From Bacteroidales bacterium (GTDB lineage: Bacteria; Bacteroidota; Bacteroidia; Bacteroidales; VadinHA17), in assembly GCA_017999895.1 (NCBI GenBank), contig JAGNKY010000012.1:4308-68307 (forward strand): a DNA stretch of 64,000 nucleotides, in the 5' to 3' direction. This document shows, piece by piece, positions 1 through 9,250 of this stretch (positions are counted from its first letter, which is position 1; each line of letters opens with the position of its first letter). A program made the translations under genes and the position numbers. Under the pieces are notes generated by a model. It had not been told where the DNA came from and ran no database searches. It saw nothing but the letters and a program-made list of their open reading frames with translations.

Positions 1-597
1 AACAGGCATTTTTTGAGATTCGTATCCTACAAACGATATATTAAGCGATGCACTTTCGTTTGGTATCTCTATAGAGAATTTACCATCTGTATCGGTTAAG
101 GTACCGATAGAGGTACCTTCAACCTGTACAGTAGCACCTGCAAGTGGATTACCATTTTCATCTCTTACAACACCAGTTACTCTCCTCTGCTGTTGCTGCT
201 GCAATATATCTTCAAGTTTCGAGGATTCTACAACCGGTGTCAGTACAATCTGACGATCGCTTACAATGAATTTAACATCCTTTGGGAAAAGCTCACTCAG
301 AATGTCCTTTATGGGTTCATCTTTTGCTTTTATGCTTACTTTTCTCTCGACATCAATAAGTTTCTGATTGAACAGGAAGTAATATTCGCTCAGATCTTCA
401 ATTTTGTTCAGAACACTCTCAACAGTGGCATCCTGCATGTTAATTGAGATCCTTGTATTCTGCGAATAACCGGGAGAAGCAATTATGCTTATCATCCCTG
501 CAAAAAACAGAAAGAAAGTTATTCTCATAGTCAGGAGTAATTTGTGCCATTTAATATTTGGTTTATAAAAACCATAGTACTTAAAAACTTTTTTCAT
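1..597 (-). CDS. SusC/RagA-type TonB-dependent receptor, N-terminal fragment (continues past window start)
   Basis: Absent from the ORF track because it runs off the window. My translation of the minus strand from the ATG at 597..595 gives MKKVFKYYGFYKPNIKWHKLLLTMRITFFLFFAGMISIIASPGYSQNTRISINMQDATVESVLNKIEDLSEYYFLFNQKLIDV...RRVTGVVRDENGNPLAGATVQVEGTSIGTLTDTDGKFSIEIP. That is a signal segment, an STN-type signalling domain and a carboxypeptidase-regulatory-like domain. It lies directly downstream of the FecR/ECF-sigma pair. Confidence 0.8.
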   Translation of the reverse strand, partial: MKKVFKYYGFYKPNIKWHKLLLTMRITFFLFFAGMISIIASPGYSQNTRISINMQDATVESVLNKIEDLSEYYFLFNQKLIDVERKVSIKAKDEPIKDILSELFPKDVKFIVSDRQIVLTPVVESSKLEDILQQQQQRRVTGVVRDENGNPLAGATVQVEGTSIGTLTDTDGKFSIEIPNESASLNISFVGYESQKMPV

Positions 598-784
598 AAT
601 TTTGTAATGTTAGGTTTAATACTCTGAATGTAAATTTTAAAAAACATTCTACTGACCCCTAACATGAGGAAAGGTGTTGCAGCACTTTTCCTCTTTTCAT
701 TGTTCAAAGGGTCAAAATCGTAATAATTCATGGTGCAGCCATAGTTCTTCTTTTTAAGGTTAATAATCAGTATTTTTAATTATA

Positions 785-1849
785 TTATTTTGCTGGATAA
801 ACAATCACTTTCTTCTTCGGAAATGAGCCGTCAGGCAATGGAATCCTTTCAACTTCAGTATAGTTTATTGGAGCGCTTAGCTTAAGCAGCTTCAGAATTT
901 CCTCCAACGATTCTTCCTCAAAAGTGGCTCGATACCGGTAGTAATTCAACTCTTCGCCCTGTAACTCAATATCAACATTGAAAATCATACTTAATTTCTT
1001 CAGGACATCGGGAAGAGGATCATTGCGAAAAATCAGCTTCCCGTCTTTCCATGATATATACCTGTAAGTGTCTGTCTTTGAAATTGTTTTTGTCCCTGTT
1101 TCATTGTTATAAACCAGATGCTGCTCGGGTTTCAACTCCGATATCAACTGAGAACCTGCCTCATTACCCATTTTGCTTACAGTTACTTTACCACTGACCA
1201 GTGTTACTTCGCTTAAAGGGTCAAAACCATAATCCTCGACATTGAACTTCGTGCCAGTAGCTTTTACGGACAATGACGGAGTATTAACAATAAAAGGTCT
1301 GGATACATCACTCTTAACCTCGAAGTAAGCTTCACCTTTCAAAAAAACCTGACGCGTCTTCTCACTGAATTGTATCGGATATCTCAAGCTGCTGCCAGAA
1401 TTAAGATAAACAACGGTGGAATCTGAAAGTAACAGTGAAGAACGCGTTCCAAAAGCAGTAAATATTTCATTATAAACTGTTTCATTTACCGAACTCTTTT
1501 TATGTGAATTCATACTAATTAACAGCAATAAACCCACTGCAAGCGGAAGAACTATAACAGCAGCAATCTTTTGCCAGTAATACCATATAATCTTTTTCGA
1601 AGGCACTTTCATTATCCTTGCCTGAACTTTTTTCAGCGCGTCTTCCGTGTTTATTTTATCTATTCCTGGATTTTTTTCTGATGCTTCCCATATATTCCGT
1701 ACCTGTTCAAAAAAACGCTTATTTTCTTCTGAAATGTCAATCCACTCTTTTAACCGGGAAGCTTCCTGAGAATCTGCATTACCTGCCAGATTCCTTGCGA
1801 TTAATTGCAGAATGTCATCCTGGTCTATTATTCCTATAGTATTCATCAT
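785..1849 (-). CDS. FecR-family anti-sigma factor (transmembrane sensor)
   Basis: The track ORF is 785..1924. I prefer the internal MMNTIGIIDQDD start (ATG at 1849). It has an N-terminal anti-sigma segment (LAGNADSQEASRLKEWIDISEENKRFFEQVRNIWEA), one TM helix (IAAVIVLPLAVGLLLLI) and a periplasmic FecR-like domain. Its position between an ECF sigma and an STN-SusC is the canonical one. Confidence 0.85.
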   Translation of the reverse strand: MMNTIGIIDQDDILQLIARNLAGNADSQEASRLKEWIDISEENKRFFEQVRNIWEASEKNPGIDKINTEDALKKVQARIMKVPSKKIIWYYWQKIAAVIVLPLAVGLLLLISMNSHKKSSVNETVYNEIFTAFGTRSSLLLSDSTVVYLNSGSSLRYPIQFSEKTRQVFLKGEAYFEVKSDVSRPFIVNTPSLSVKATGTKFNVEDYGFDPLSEVTLVSGKVTVSKMGNEAGSQLISELKPEQHLVYNNETGTKTISKTDTYRYISWKDGKLIFRNDPLPDVLKKLSMIFNVDIELQGEELNYYRYRATFEEESLEEILKLLKLSAPINYTEVERIPLPDGSFPKKKVIVYPAK

Positions 1850-1924
1850 ATTATTGTAAAGACGATTCAAAAAAAGAAAACCACAATCAAAACAAGTAAA
1901 AAATAATCCGTTAATCTCAATCAA

Positions 1925-2533
1925 TTAGATAATGTGCATTTGATTTTCTATTAAAAGAGTTACAAAGCTTAAGATTACCGGAAAAAACTCTTTTAAATAT
2001 TTTCTTAGCAATTCCAGCGCTTTTCCTATTCGAACCTCAATCGTTCTAACAGAAACACCCTGAATTTCAGCTATCTCATTATATTTCAACCCTTTGTATC
2101 TGTTCATCCGGAAAGCATCCGAAATCGGTTCCGGCAGATTTCCAAGCGCTTTCTCAATCTGTTCCTGAAGCTCCGAATGAAGTATATAGTTTTCAGTATC
2201 ATACTCGAAATATGATTGACTATCCATCATATAATCATTGTAAGCCTGCCTGACTTTCACATGCCGGTGCCAGTCAATGCATTTATTCTGTGTAAGTTTG
2301 AGCAGGTAAGATTTCAATGATATATCTATTGTCAAAGACTCACGCTCTTCCCATAGCCTGACAAAAATATCCTGTATAATCTCTTCCGATTTATCTGTGT
2401 CGCGTGTAAACCTTGTAGCAAATCGGACCAGATCTTTATAATAAGCATAAAAGACAGACGAAAAAGCAGAATAATCACCTGTTTTAAGCTTCGAGATAAG
2501 TACCTTTTCAACCAGTGAAGAATGATTTTTCAT
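1925..2533 (-). CDS. ECF-type RNA polymerase sigma-70 factor (Bacteroides expansion type)
   Basis: 202 aa. Region 2 (DIFVRLWEERESL) and a region 4 helix-turn-helix (LKYNEIAEIQGVSVRTIEVRIGKALELLRKYL) are recognisable. The gene lies directly upstream of FecR. Confidence 0.9.
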   Translation of the reverse strand: MKNHSSLVEKVLISKLKTGDYSAFSSVFYAYYKDLVRFATRFTRDTDKSEEIIQDIFVRLWEERESLTIDISLKSYLLKLTQNKCIDWHRHVKVRQAYNDYMMDSQSYFEYDTENYILHSELQEQIEKALGNLPEPISDAFRMNRYKGLKYNEIAEIQGVSVRTIEVRIGKALELLRKYLKEFFPVILSFVTLLIENQMHII

Positions 2534-3097
2534 CTTAATTCTTACTGTTGTTAATCAAAGTTAACAAATCTTCATGATAAGTGGAGCATAAATTCACTTC
2601 ATTTTTAGGGGTTAAATGCAGATTATCCTTCATCTTACATGGGGTATTCTTAATTAAACAATATAAACGAAGTGAAATGCCAATTAACTATCAGCATTTC
2701 ACCTCTTTACTAACCCTAACCTAACCCTCCTGTTAACCTTGAACCTTGAATATATCCGGCTGTGACTTGTCCTGAATTTTTAAAATAAAGGAATGAACCG
2801 GAATTTGCTATTTATTTTCATAACAAAGACGTTTCAGAAAACAAAAACCACATTAAGAATTAATATGGTATATTTTCCTGTCTGGATTTTTACCTTGTTA
2901 ATGAAATCTTACTCTGTTTTTGCGATCGTGATAAACCCTGTAGGATTATGTTTTTTATCTTATTTGGATTTGTGCAATCATATATTAAACCGGAATTTGC
3001 ACTCCACACAAAGCCAGAAAAAGCAGTTTTCTTTTTTATGAACCTCAGGTCAGCAAATTTAAAGAGATAAAAATATTTAATAATGATTCACAACTGA

Positions 3098-3167
3098 GGG
3101 CACTGTGTAATACGGATTTATTCTTCACGAAATATCCGTGCAAACCCGTGCAATATGTGGTGAAAAG
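3098..3167 (+). repeat. Short (~70 bp) copy of the CGGAT/ATCCG structured repeat family
   Basis: gggcactgtgtaatACGGATttattcttcacgaaatATCCGTgcaaacccgtgcaatatgtggtgaaaag. It shares the 5' end (ggcacNgtg..acggattt) and the 3' end (ccgtgcaaa.ccgtg...gtggtgaaaa) with the long copies at 62175 and 63296. Confidence 0.5.
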
Positions 3168-3454
3168 GTTTTTACTCGATTTTTATGCTGGTTCACATAC
3201 TAAAAATTCCATACTGTTAAATCAATCAATAAAAAAGCAGGAAAACAATTACTTCTTCTATAGTTAAAGTTTAAAGAGATTCTACATTCGAATCTGGCAT
3301 TTAATTTGATACCTTTCAAAGGAAAATTTGTCAGAGTGCCAATTTGACAATGTTTAATTTGCAAGTTTTTATAATTAGATTATTGTGTCATAAAATATTT
3401 AAAATGTATAAAATACTTAAAAGAATATTATTGGATTATTAATTTAAACAAGTT

Positions 3455-6400
3455 ATGATCGAATCAGGCAAAAATTTGAAAAACTTATTATTAAAGGTTT
3501 GTTTCCTGGTGGGATTATGGGGCATGATAATAATGGATATAAACGCTCAGTATTTTGGCCAGAATAAACCATCTTATAAGGTTTTCAACTATGAAGTTTA
3601 TCGGACACCCCATTTTGATATTTATCATTATCTCAAAAACGACTCGGTACTGAATATGATGGCCGGTCGGGCAGAGGCATGGTATCGTCATCACCAGTCT
3701 CTGTTTCTTGATACAATCAAAGAATATAATCCGCTCTTTATTTATGAGAACCATGCTGAATTTCAGCAGACGACCGTTATTTCAGGGATGATTAGTGAGA
3801 GCACGGGAGGTGTAACGGAGGCCTTAAAGAGAAGAATCGTTATGCCGCTTTTCCCATCGTTTCCTCAAACCGACCATGTATTAGGCCACGAGATGGTTCA
3901 TGCTTTTCAATTTAACATGCTTACAACAGCCGATTCTTTGAAACTTTCTAATATCAGCAATTTACCTCTATGGCTGGTGGAGGGAATGGCCGAATATTTC
4001 TCTCTTGGAAGTATCGATCCAAATACCGCCATGTGGATGAGAGATGCAGTTCTTTCAAATGATATTCCGACAATAAAGGATTTGACAAAAGGAACAAAAT
4101 ATTTTCCATATAGATATGGCCAGGCAGTCATGGCAATGATCGGGAAAACATGGGGTGATTCATCAATTGTTAAGCTTTTCAGGCAAACGGCTATTCATGG
4201 ATATGAAAAGGCTTTCCTCGATGTTCTTGGTGTTGACGACAAGTCATTTTCAACACTCTGGAGAATAGCTCTCATAAACAATTATAAATCAGTATTAACC
4301 GATACAACCGACCCAATTACAGGTAAAAAATTAATATTCAGCAAAAATGCAGGCGATATGAATCTTTCACCTTCAATAAGCCCTGACGGCAAATATGTTG
4401 TATTTCTTTCCGAAAGGGATGTTTACGACTTTGACCTTTTCCTTGCAGATGCCGCCACAGGAAAAATAATCAAAAAACTATCCAACCGGATACATAAGGA
4501 TGAAATTGATGCCCTCAGTTATCTCGAATCTTCGGGAACATGTTCACCTGACGGTTCTGATTTTGCCTTTGTCGTTTTTTCCGAAGGCAAAAACAAGCTG
4601 ATAATATTCAACATGAAAAAGTTAAAAGTCATAAAAGAAGTTGAATTGCCTGGTTTACCATCAATTACAAATCCTTCATGGTCGCCCGACGGAAAATATA
4701 TTGCATTAACTGGCATGAAAGATGGAGTATCGGATATTTACCTTTACGAGACAGATAGTGAAAGAGTTATCAGACTTACAACCGACAGTTATTCGAATAT
4801 GCAGCCTTCGTGGTCGCCCGACGGAAAATATATAGCTTATGTAACAGACAAACCTCTCCCAGGTCAAATATTCAAATTCCAACACGATTTTTATAACATA
4901 GGTATTGTAAACACCGAAAATCCATCTGATGACAGACTTTTAGAGATGTTTACAGGGGCAAGGAATATGAATCCTGTGTTTTCTTCCGATGGAAAGAGTC
5001 TCTACTTTCTTTCCGACAGGGATGGATTCCGAAACCTTTATAGGTACAGTTTTGAAAATGACAATATAATGCAGATGACAAATTATATGCGAGGCATAAC
5101 AGGAATTACAGTCAATGCGCCTGCCATTTCAGTCGCATTATCAACAGGGGATATTGTATATTCATATTATGCCAATCGATGTTATACTATATACAGTGCG
5201 CGTCCAGATGAGTTTAAAGAGATTCCTGTCGAAAAAAATAGAATCGATTACACTGCAGGCACAATTCCTCCAATGATTTATGCGGCGCAGAATCTGGTGG
5301 ATAGCTCTCTATTTTCTCCTTATGATTATTTTTCCGATATTAAGAAAGACGAATATAAAACTATACCCTATCGTCCAAAATTCAAACTCGATTATATCAC
5401 AAATGGCTCTATAGGAGTATCAACGGGAGGTCCTATAGGAACAGGTATGGAGGGAAGTATAAGTGCAATATTTAGTGATATGTCTGGTGACAATCAGTTG
5501 TTTACTTCGTTATCACTTAATGGCGAAATATATGATTTTGGAGGAGAGGTGGCTTACCTGAACCAGAAAAAAAAGCTCAAATGGGGAGCGTCACTTTCGC
5601 ATATACCAAACTATTATGGTTTTCTCACTTCAGGTATTGACACGTTGACAACGAAGAAAGGCGAAGCTTTTCTTGTGAATACTATTGATCTTAATTATCT
5701 GAGGATGTTCGAGGATAAATTAGGTCTTTATGGATATTATCCTTTATCACAAACGAGAAGATTTGAGGCCTCAGCAGAATTATCGAGATACTATTACAGA
5801 TTTGACCAGTACAAAACATATTATGACATGTTTGGCGTTCCCATTGGTTCGGGACGTGAGAAGCTGGATGCACCGGAAGGTTTCGGCCTTCAAACTGCAA
5901 GTGTGGCATTTGTAACCGACAACAGCCTTATGGGAGTTAACGGACCTATAAGAGGTACAAGATACAGAATAGAAGGAGGAAAATACTTTGGAACACTTGA
6001 TTTTTACAATGTATTGCTCGATTACAGAAAATATTTCTTTATAAGGCCATTGACCCTTGCATTCCGCTCTTTAAATACCGGAAGACTTGGCTCAGGCTCA
6101 GAAAGCGAAATGATTACGCCGCTTTATATAGGATATCCATGGCTGGTAAGAGGTTATGAGAGAACCGACCAATACTGGAGTGACACTCAGCTCAGCGGGA
6201 AAGGTATAAGTCTTGAGAATTTTTTTGGAAGTAAAATGTTTATAGCTAATGTTGAACTAAGGCTACCGGTAAGCGGGCCAAAGAACATATCTCTCATTAA
6301 ATCGGGAATGTTTTTTACTGACTTAAGCCTTTTTTTTGACGGCGGACTGGCTATGAACAAAGATTCGAAACTTGGCAGCGACTGGTATAATCCTGCACCT

Positions 6401-6553
6401 GGTGAACGAGTTCCGATAGTTAGCTATGGTGCATCATTAAGATTTAATCTTTCGGGTTATCTGGTTATTGAACCGTATTACGCAGTTCCTGTCAACAAAA
6501 GAGCAGGACTTTTCAATGGTAATTTCGGAATTAATTTCACTCCGGCATGGTAA
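3455..6553 (+). CDS. Outer-membrane three-domain protein: MA-clan zinc peptidase + TolB-like beta-propeller + Omp85/surface-antigen beta-barrel
   Basis: 1032 aa with a signal peptide. Peptidase evidence: HEMVH zinc motif followed by WLVEGMAEYFS (gluzincin third-ligand context). Propeller evidence: repeated SPDGKY blades (ISPDGKYVVF, WSPDGKYIAL, WSPDGKYIAY, SSDGKSLYF). Omp85 evidence in the C-terminal part: LVRGYE, ANVELRLPV, FFDGGLA and a terminal aromatic residue (...FTPAW). Confidence 0.75.
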   Translation: MIESGKNLKNLLLKVCFLVGLWGMIIMDINAQYFGQNKPSYKVFNYEVYRTPHFDIYHYLKNDSVLNMMAGRAEAWYRHHQSLFLDTIKEYNPLFIYENHAEFQQTTVISGMISESTGGVTEALKRRIVMPLFPSFPQTDHVLGHEMVHAFQFNMLTTADSLKLSNISNLPLWLVEGMAEYFSLGSIDPNTAMWMRDAVLSNDIPTIKDLTKGTKYFPYRYGQAVMAMIGKTWGDSSIVKLFRQTAIHGYEKAFLDVLGVDDKSFSTLWRIALINNYKSVLTDTTDPITGKKLIFSKNAGDMNLSPSISPDGKYVVFLSERDVYDFDLFLADAATGKIIKKLSNRIHKDEIDALSYLESSGTCSPDGSDFAFVVFSEGKNKLIIFNMKKLKVIKEVELPGLPSITNPSWSPDGKYIALTGMKDGVSDIYLYETDSERVIRLTTDSYSNMQPSWSPDGKYIAYVTDKPLPGQIFKFQHDFYNIGIVNTENPSDDRLLEMFTGARNMNPVFSSDGKSLYFLSDRDGFRNLYRYSFENDNIMQMTNYMRGITGITVNAPAISVALSTGDIVYSYYANRCYTIYSARPDEFKEIPVEKNRIDYTAGTIPPMIYAAQNLVDSSLFSPYDYFSDIKKDEYKTIPYRPKFKLDYITNGSIGVSTGGPIGTGMEGSISAIFSDMSGDNQLFTSLSLNGEIYDFGGEVAYLNQKKKLKWGASLSHIPNYYGFLTSGIDTLTTKKGEAFLVNTIDLNYLRMFEDKLGLYGYYPLSQTRRFEASAELSRYYYRFDQYKTYYDMFGVPIGSGREKLDAPEGFGLQTASVAFVTDNSLMGVNGPIRGTRYRIEGGKYFGTLDFYNVLLDYRKYFFIRPLTLAFRSLNTGRLGSGSESEMITPLYIGYPWLVRGYERTDQYWSDTQLSGKGISLENFFGSKMFIANVELRLPVSGPKNISLIKSGMFFTDLSLFFDGGLAMNKDSKLGSDWYNPAPGERVPIVSYGASLRFNLSGYLVIEPYYAVPVNKRAGLFNGNFGINFTPAW

Positions 6554-6729
6554 TAGTAATTTTTCCGATATTTCTTAATATATGTAAGTCCCTTTACATT
6601 TAACCTGCATTATTCATGCAGAAGATAAAAGATAAAATTAAAAAGATAAATGTCAGGCAATTGCTAACCTTTTTCAATCTTTTTCAGTAAGGTTGATTTT
6701 TATGATAGTTTTTCTTAATGTCCTGAACC

Positions 6730-6750
6730 TTTTGTCTTTTGTCTTTTGTC
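6730..6750. repeat. Tandem heptamer (TTTTGTC)x3
   Basis: Three perfect units read directly, followed by a degenerate ttatctg. Located in the intergenic region between convergent genes. Confidence 0.8.
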
Positions 6751-6820
6751 TTATCTGAAGTATATGAATTAATCAGATCAAATCTGCTCCCTAAATCCCC
6801 CTCTGCTTTTATTTGCCCCC

Positions 6821-6844
6821 TAAGTCCGCCAGCTGGCGGACTTA
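6821..6844. other. Perfect 24-bp palindrome inside a G/C-rich intergenic element (possible terminator or REP-like element)
   Basis: TAAGTCCGCCAGCTGGCGGACTTA is its own reverse complement. It is flanked by ccccctc (about 6797) and gagggg (about 6888), which could form an outer stem. It lies between convergent genes ending at 6553 (+) and 6912 (-). Confidence 0.45.
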
Positions 6845-6911
6845 TTTCTGTTGCACCTTGCTGCTCCTCACCATTTGGGGAGGTCGGGAGGGGCTTCAAC
6901 GAAAATACTCT

Positions 6912-7802
6912 CTATAGCTTCTTTGAATTTGCTATCATTTTTTCAAAGAGTGTCTTCTGCTCTTTCATAGCTGCAATACGGTCGGGTGGTTCGGTACGCG
7001 CTTCAAGTAATAACCATCCATTATAATTAATACCTGTTAACAGATCAAATAATTGCTGATAAGGGTAACTTTCGTCATTTAGTTCTCTTATATGGACAGT
7101 ATCGCCTAACCATTTTTTAACAGAATTGAAATTAGCTTCGAGACCTGGTGGTAATAAGTCCTGTTCGTTGCAGTTCCAGCACATTACGACATTCTTTTCG
7201 GTTACTTGTTCAAAAATAGCCTTCATGTTTGGTATTTCCTGAGTATAGGTTCCATGGACTTCCACTCTTACAAGCTGATTATAATCCTGTGCAAATTTCC
7301 CGCATTCATTCAATGAAGCTGCAATCTGGGCGATTGTTTTTTCCTTAGGTATTTCAGGCGGCAGATAATTTGGTTTCACTTTAATCCCTGTGGCACCAAT
7401 ATCGTAACAGAGCTTAATATATTCTTTTGTTTGCTCTATATTATAGCGAAGTTGTTTTGGGTCGGGGCTATGGTATTCAAAATTTGAGCCATAACCCAGA
7501 CATTTTACGCGGCTATCAGCGAATCGTTTTTTCACTTCTGCGCGTTGGGCTGGTGTAAGATTAGTCTCAACCTTATGGGCATGCTGTGTACGAAGTTCCA
7601 CACCATAATAGCCTGTCTTTTCAAGATTTGCTATAAGTGTAGGCAGGTCCCAATCGCGGCCCCACTGGTAAGTTACAAACCCAAGCCTCATTCCAGTGTC
7701 TGCTGCTAAAGTCCATTCCGGCAAGTTCCGGAGAAATGCAAGTGAAATTCCTGCTCCGAAGCTTCTCTGAATAAACTGCCGTCGTGAAAGTTCGGTTTTC
7801 AT
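6912..7802 (-). CDS. Xylose-isomerase-like TIM-barrel protein (sugar phosphate isomerase/epimerase family), Tat signal
   Basis: 296 aa. The N-terminus MKTELSRRQFIQRSFGAGISLAF carries a twin-arginine motif. The rest has AP-endonuclease-2/xylose-isomerase-like barrel features (GYYGVELR, VEVHG, VHIRELND). Confidence 0.75.
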   Translation of the reverse strand: MKTELSRRQFIQRSFGAGISLAFLRNLPEWTLAADTGMRLGFVTYQWGRDWDLPTLIANLEKTGYYGVELRTQHAHKVETNLTPAQRAEVKKRFADSRVKCLGYGSNFEYHSPDPKQLRYNIEQTKEYIKLCYDIGATGIKVKPNYLPPEIPKEKTIAQIAASLNECGKFAQDYNQLVRVEVHGTYTQEIPNMKAIFEQVTEKNVVMCWNCNEQDLLPPGLEANFNSVKKWLGDTVHIRELNDESYPYQQLFDLLTGINYNGWLLLEARTEPPDRIAAMKEQKTLFEKMIANSKKL

Positions 7803-7811
7803 ATTAGAAAT

Positions 7812-9173
7812 TTAAACTTCTTTAGGAACTACATAAGGTTCGCGATAGTTTCTTGTAAGCATCTGATCGGCTGCTTTATCTTTCACGAATTTCTCCTTTA
7901 CCCCGTCGAAAATAAGGTCGCGTCCGAGACGATAGGAAATATTTGCAAGGGCAGGAAGTACCGATGACATATAGCCTTCGTATATATCGCAATGGAGAAC
8001 CTCGTTTTTACCTTCTCTTATTGCATCGATAAAGTTACCGTAGTGGCCTCCGCCTCCTGGAGGAGCCATAAAATCGGTAGGTCTTTCACCTATATCTGAA
8101 CCTGCAAAAGGTTTTGTTTCGCGGCGTCTGAAAGCTTTCCACTCACTTCCGTTTATTTCGAGATATCCTTCTGTTCCATAAAAAATATTACCTATTCTTA
8201 TATCCAATTCTCCTTCTGCATTTGTATATCTGCCCCTTGTTTCAAATTCGAGTACTTTGCCGTCTTTATATTTGAATAAAGCCGACTGGGTATTAGGAGT
8301 TTCCTGTGAACATTCTTTTGGATCTATACCAAAAAGGCCTCCGGTCGAATAGATATGCACCGGATGTTCATTTTTGTTAAGACCCCAGCGGGCGATGTCG
8401 AACTGATGAGGACCCTGATTAGCAGTGTCGCCGCCACCTGTAGCCCAATGCCAGTGCCAGTTATAGTGCACTTTCTTTTCATTATATGGTTGCCACTGAC
8501 AAGGCCCAAGCCACATATCGTAATGCAATGATGCAGGAGGTTCGCTGTCTTTAGCAATTCCAAATGAATCGCGAGGTTTATAGCAAAGGCCTTTTGCCAT
8601 AAAAACGTCGCCTATTCCGCCATCGTGCAAAAACTTGATAGCCTGCATCACATTTGGTATAGAACGATTCTGAAATCCAGTTTGTACCCTTACATTGTAT
8701 TTGCGTGCTGCTTCTACCATTTTCCTGCCTTCCCATACACAATGGGTTGAGGGCTTTTCAACGTAAACATGTTTACCTGCCTGGCAAGCCCATATAGTCC
8801 CAAGTGCATGCCAGAAATTAGGGGTAGCAAAAGAAACTGCATCAATCTCTTTATCATCGAACACTCTGCGCATATCCCATTCAGTCTTAGGATTTTCACC
8901 TGTACGTGATACAATTGTTTTGATGCGTTCTTCCCATGTTGCTTCATCCACGTCGCAAATAGTTTTCAATCTTACATTCTTACTATCTTTCATTCCCAGA
9001 AAACTATTTATATGGGTTCCTCCCTGTCCGCGAATACCAATTACAGCAACAGTGATACGATCATTGGCTCCGACGATAGAATTATAGGAACTACGGCTAA
9101 AACCTAATCCTCCTATGGCTATGCCGGCTGTCCCCAGTACACTCTTTTTAATAAAATCCCTCCGTTTTGTCAT
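7812..9173 (-). CDS. Gfo/Idh/MocA-family oxidoreductase, Tat signal
   Basis: 453 aa. MTKRRDFIKKSVLGTAGIAIGG is a Tat motif. A Rossmann start VAVIGIRGQGGTH and the EKP motif (VYVEKPSTH) typical of the family follow. Confidence 0.85.
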   Translation of the reverse strand: MTKRRDFIKKSVLGTAGIAIGGLGFSRSSYNSIVGANDRITVAVIGIRGQGGTHINSFLGMKDSKNVRLKTICDVDEATWEERIKTIVSRTGENPKTEWDMRRVFDDKEIDAVSFATPNFWHALGTIWACQAGKHVYVEKPSTHCVWEGRKMVEAARKYNVRVQTGFQNRSIPNVMQAIKFLHDGGIGDVFMAKGLCYKPRDSFGIAKDSEPPASLHYDMWLGPCQWQPYNEKKVHYNWHWHWATGGGDTANQGPHQFDIARWGLNKNEHPVHIYSTGGLFGIDPKECSQETPNTQSALFKYKDGKVLEFETRGRYTNAEGELDIRIGNIFYGTEGYLEINGSEWKAFRRRETKPFAGSDIGERPTDFMAPPGGGGHYGNFIDAIREGKNEVLHCDIYEGYMSSVLPALANISYRLGRDLIFDGVKEKFVKDKAADQMLTRNYREPYVVPKEV

Positions 9174-9250
9174 TTTGAAATTGTTTTTGGTTAGTAATAT
9201 AATTTAAAATATTTGATAACTAAATTACATATATTTTTTCAGAAATAATA

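Noticed and set aside
193-447. 84-aa plus-strand ORF at the window start.
   Set aside because: It lies entirely antisense to the STN/carboxypeptidase-regulatory region of the SusC fragment, which translates cleanly on the minus strand.
2711-2728. Telomere-like string taaccctaacctaaccct.
   Set aside because: It has only about three imperfect units in a bacterial intergenic region. There is no further array, so it is most likely chance.
2796-3000. Exact 13-mer aaccggaatttgc repeated at 2796..2808 and 2988..3000.
   Set aside because: A rough estimate gives tens of chance 13-mer matches in a 64-kb AT-rich window. The proximity (192 bp apart) is mildly suggestive of operator sites but is not enough to report as a feature.
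2793-3041. 82-aa ORF in the 920-bp gap between the ECF sigma gene and the peptidase-propeller-Omp85 gene.
   Set aside because: It has AT-rich, Phe/Leu/Asn-biased composition, no motif and no convincing start context. It is more likely non-coding regulatory DNA.
6684-7026. ORFs 6684..6899 (-) and 6739..7026 (+), encoding PPAGGLRG- or GEVGRGF-type peptides.
   Set aside because: They overlap each other on opposite strands across the palindromic G/C-rich intergenic element. The second also runs antisense into the TIM-barrel gene. They are repeat-derived artefacts.
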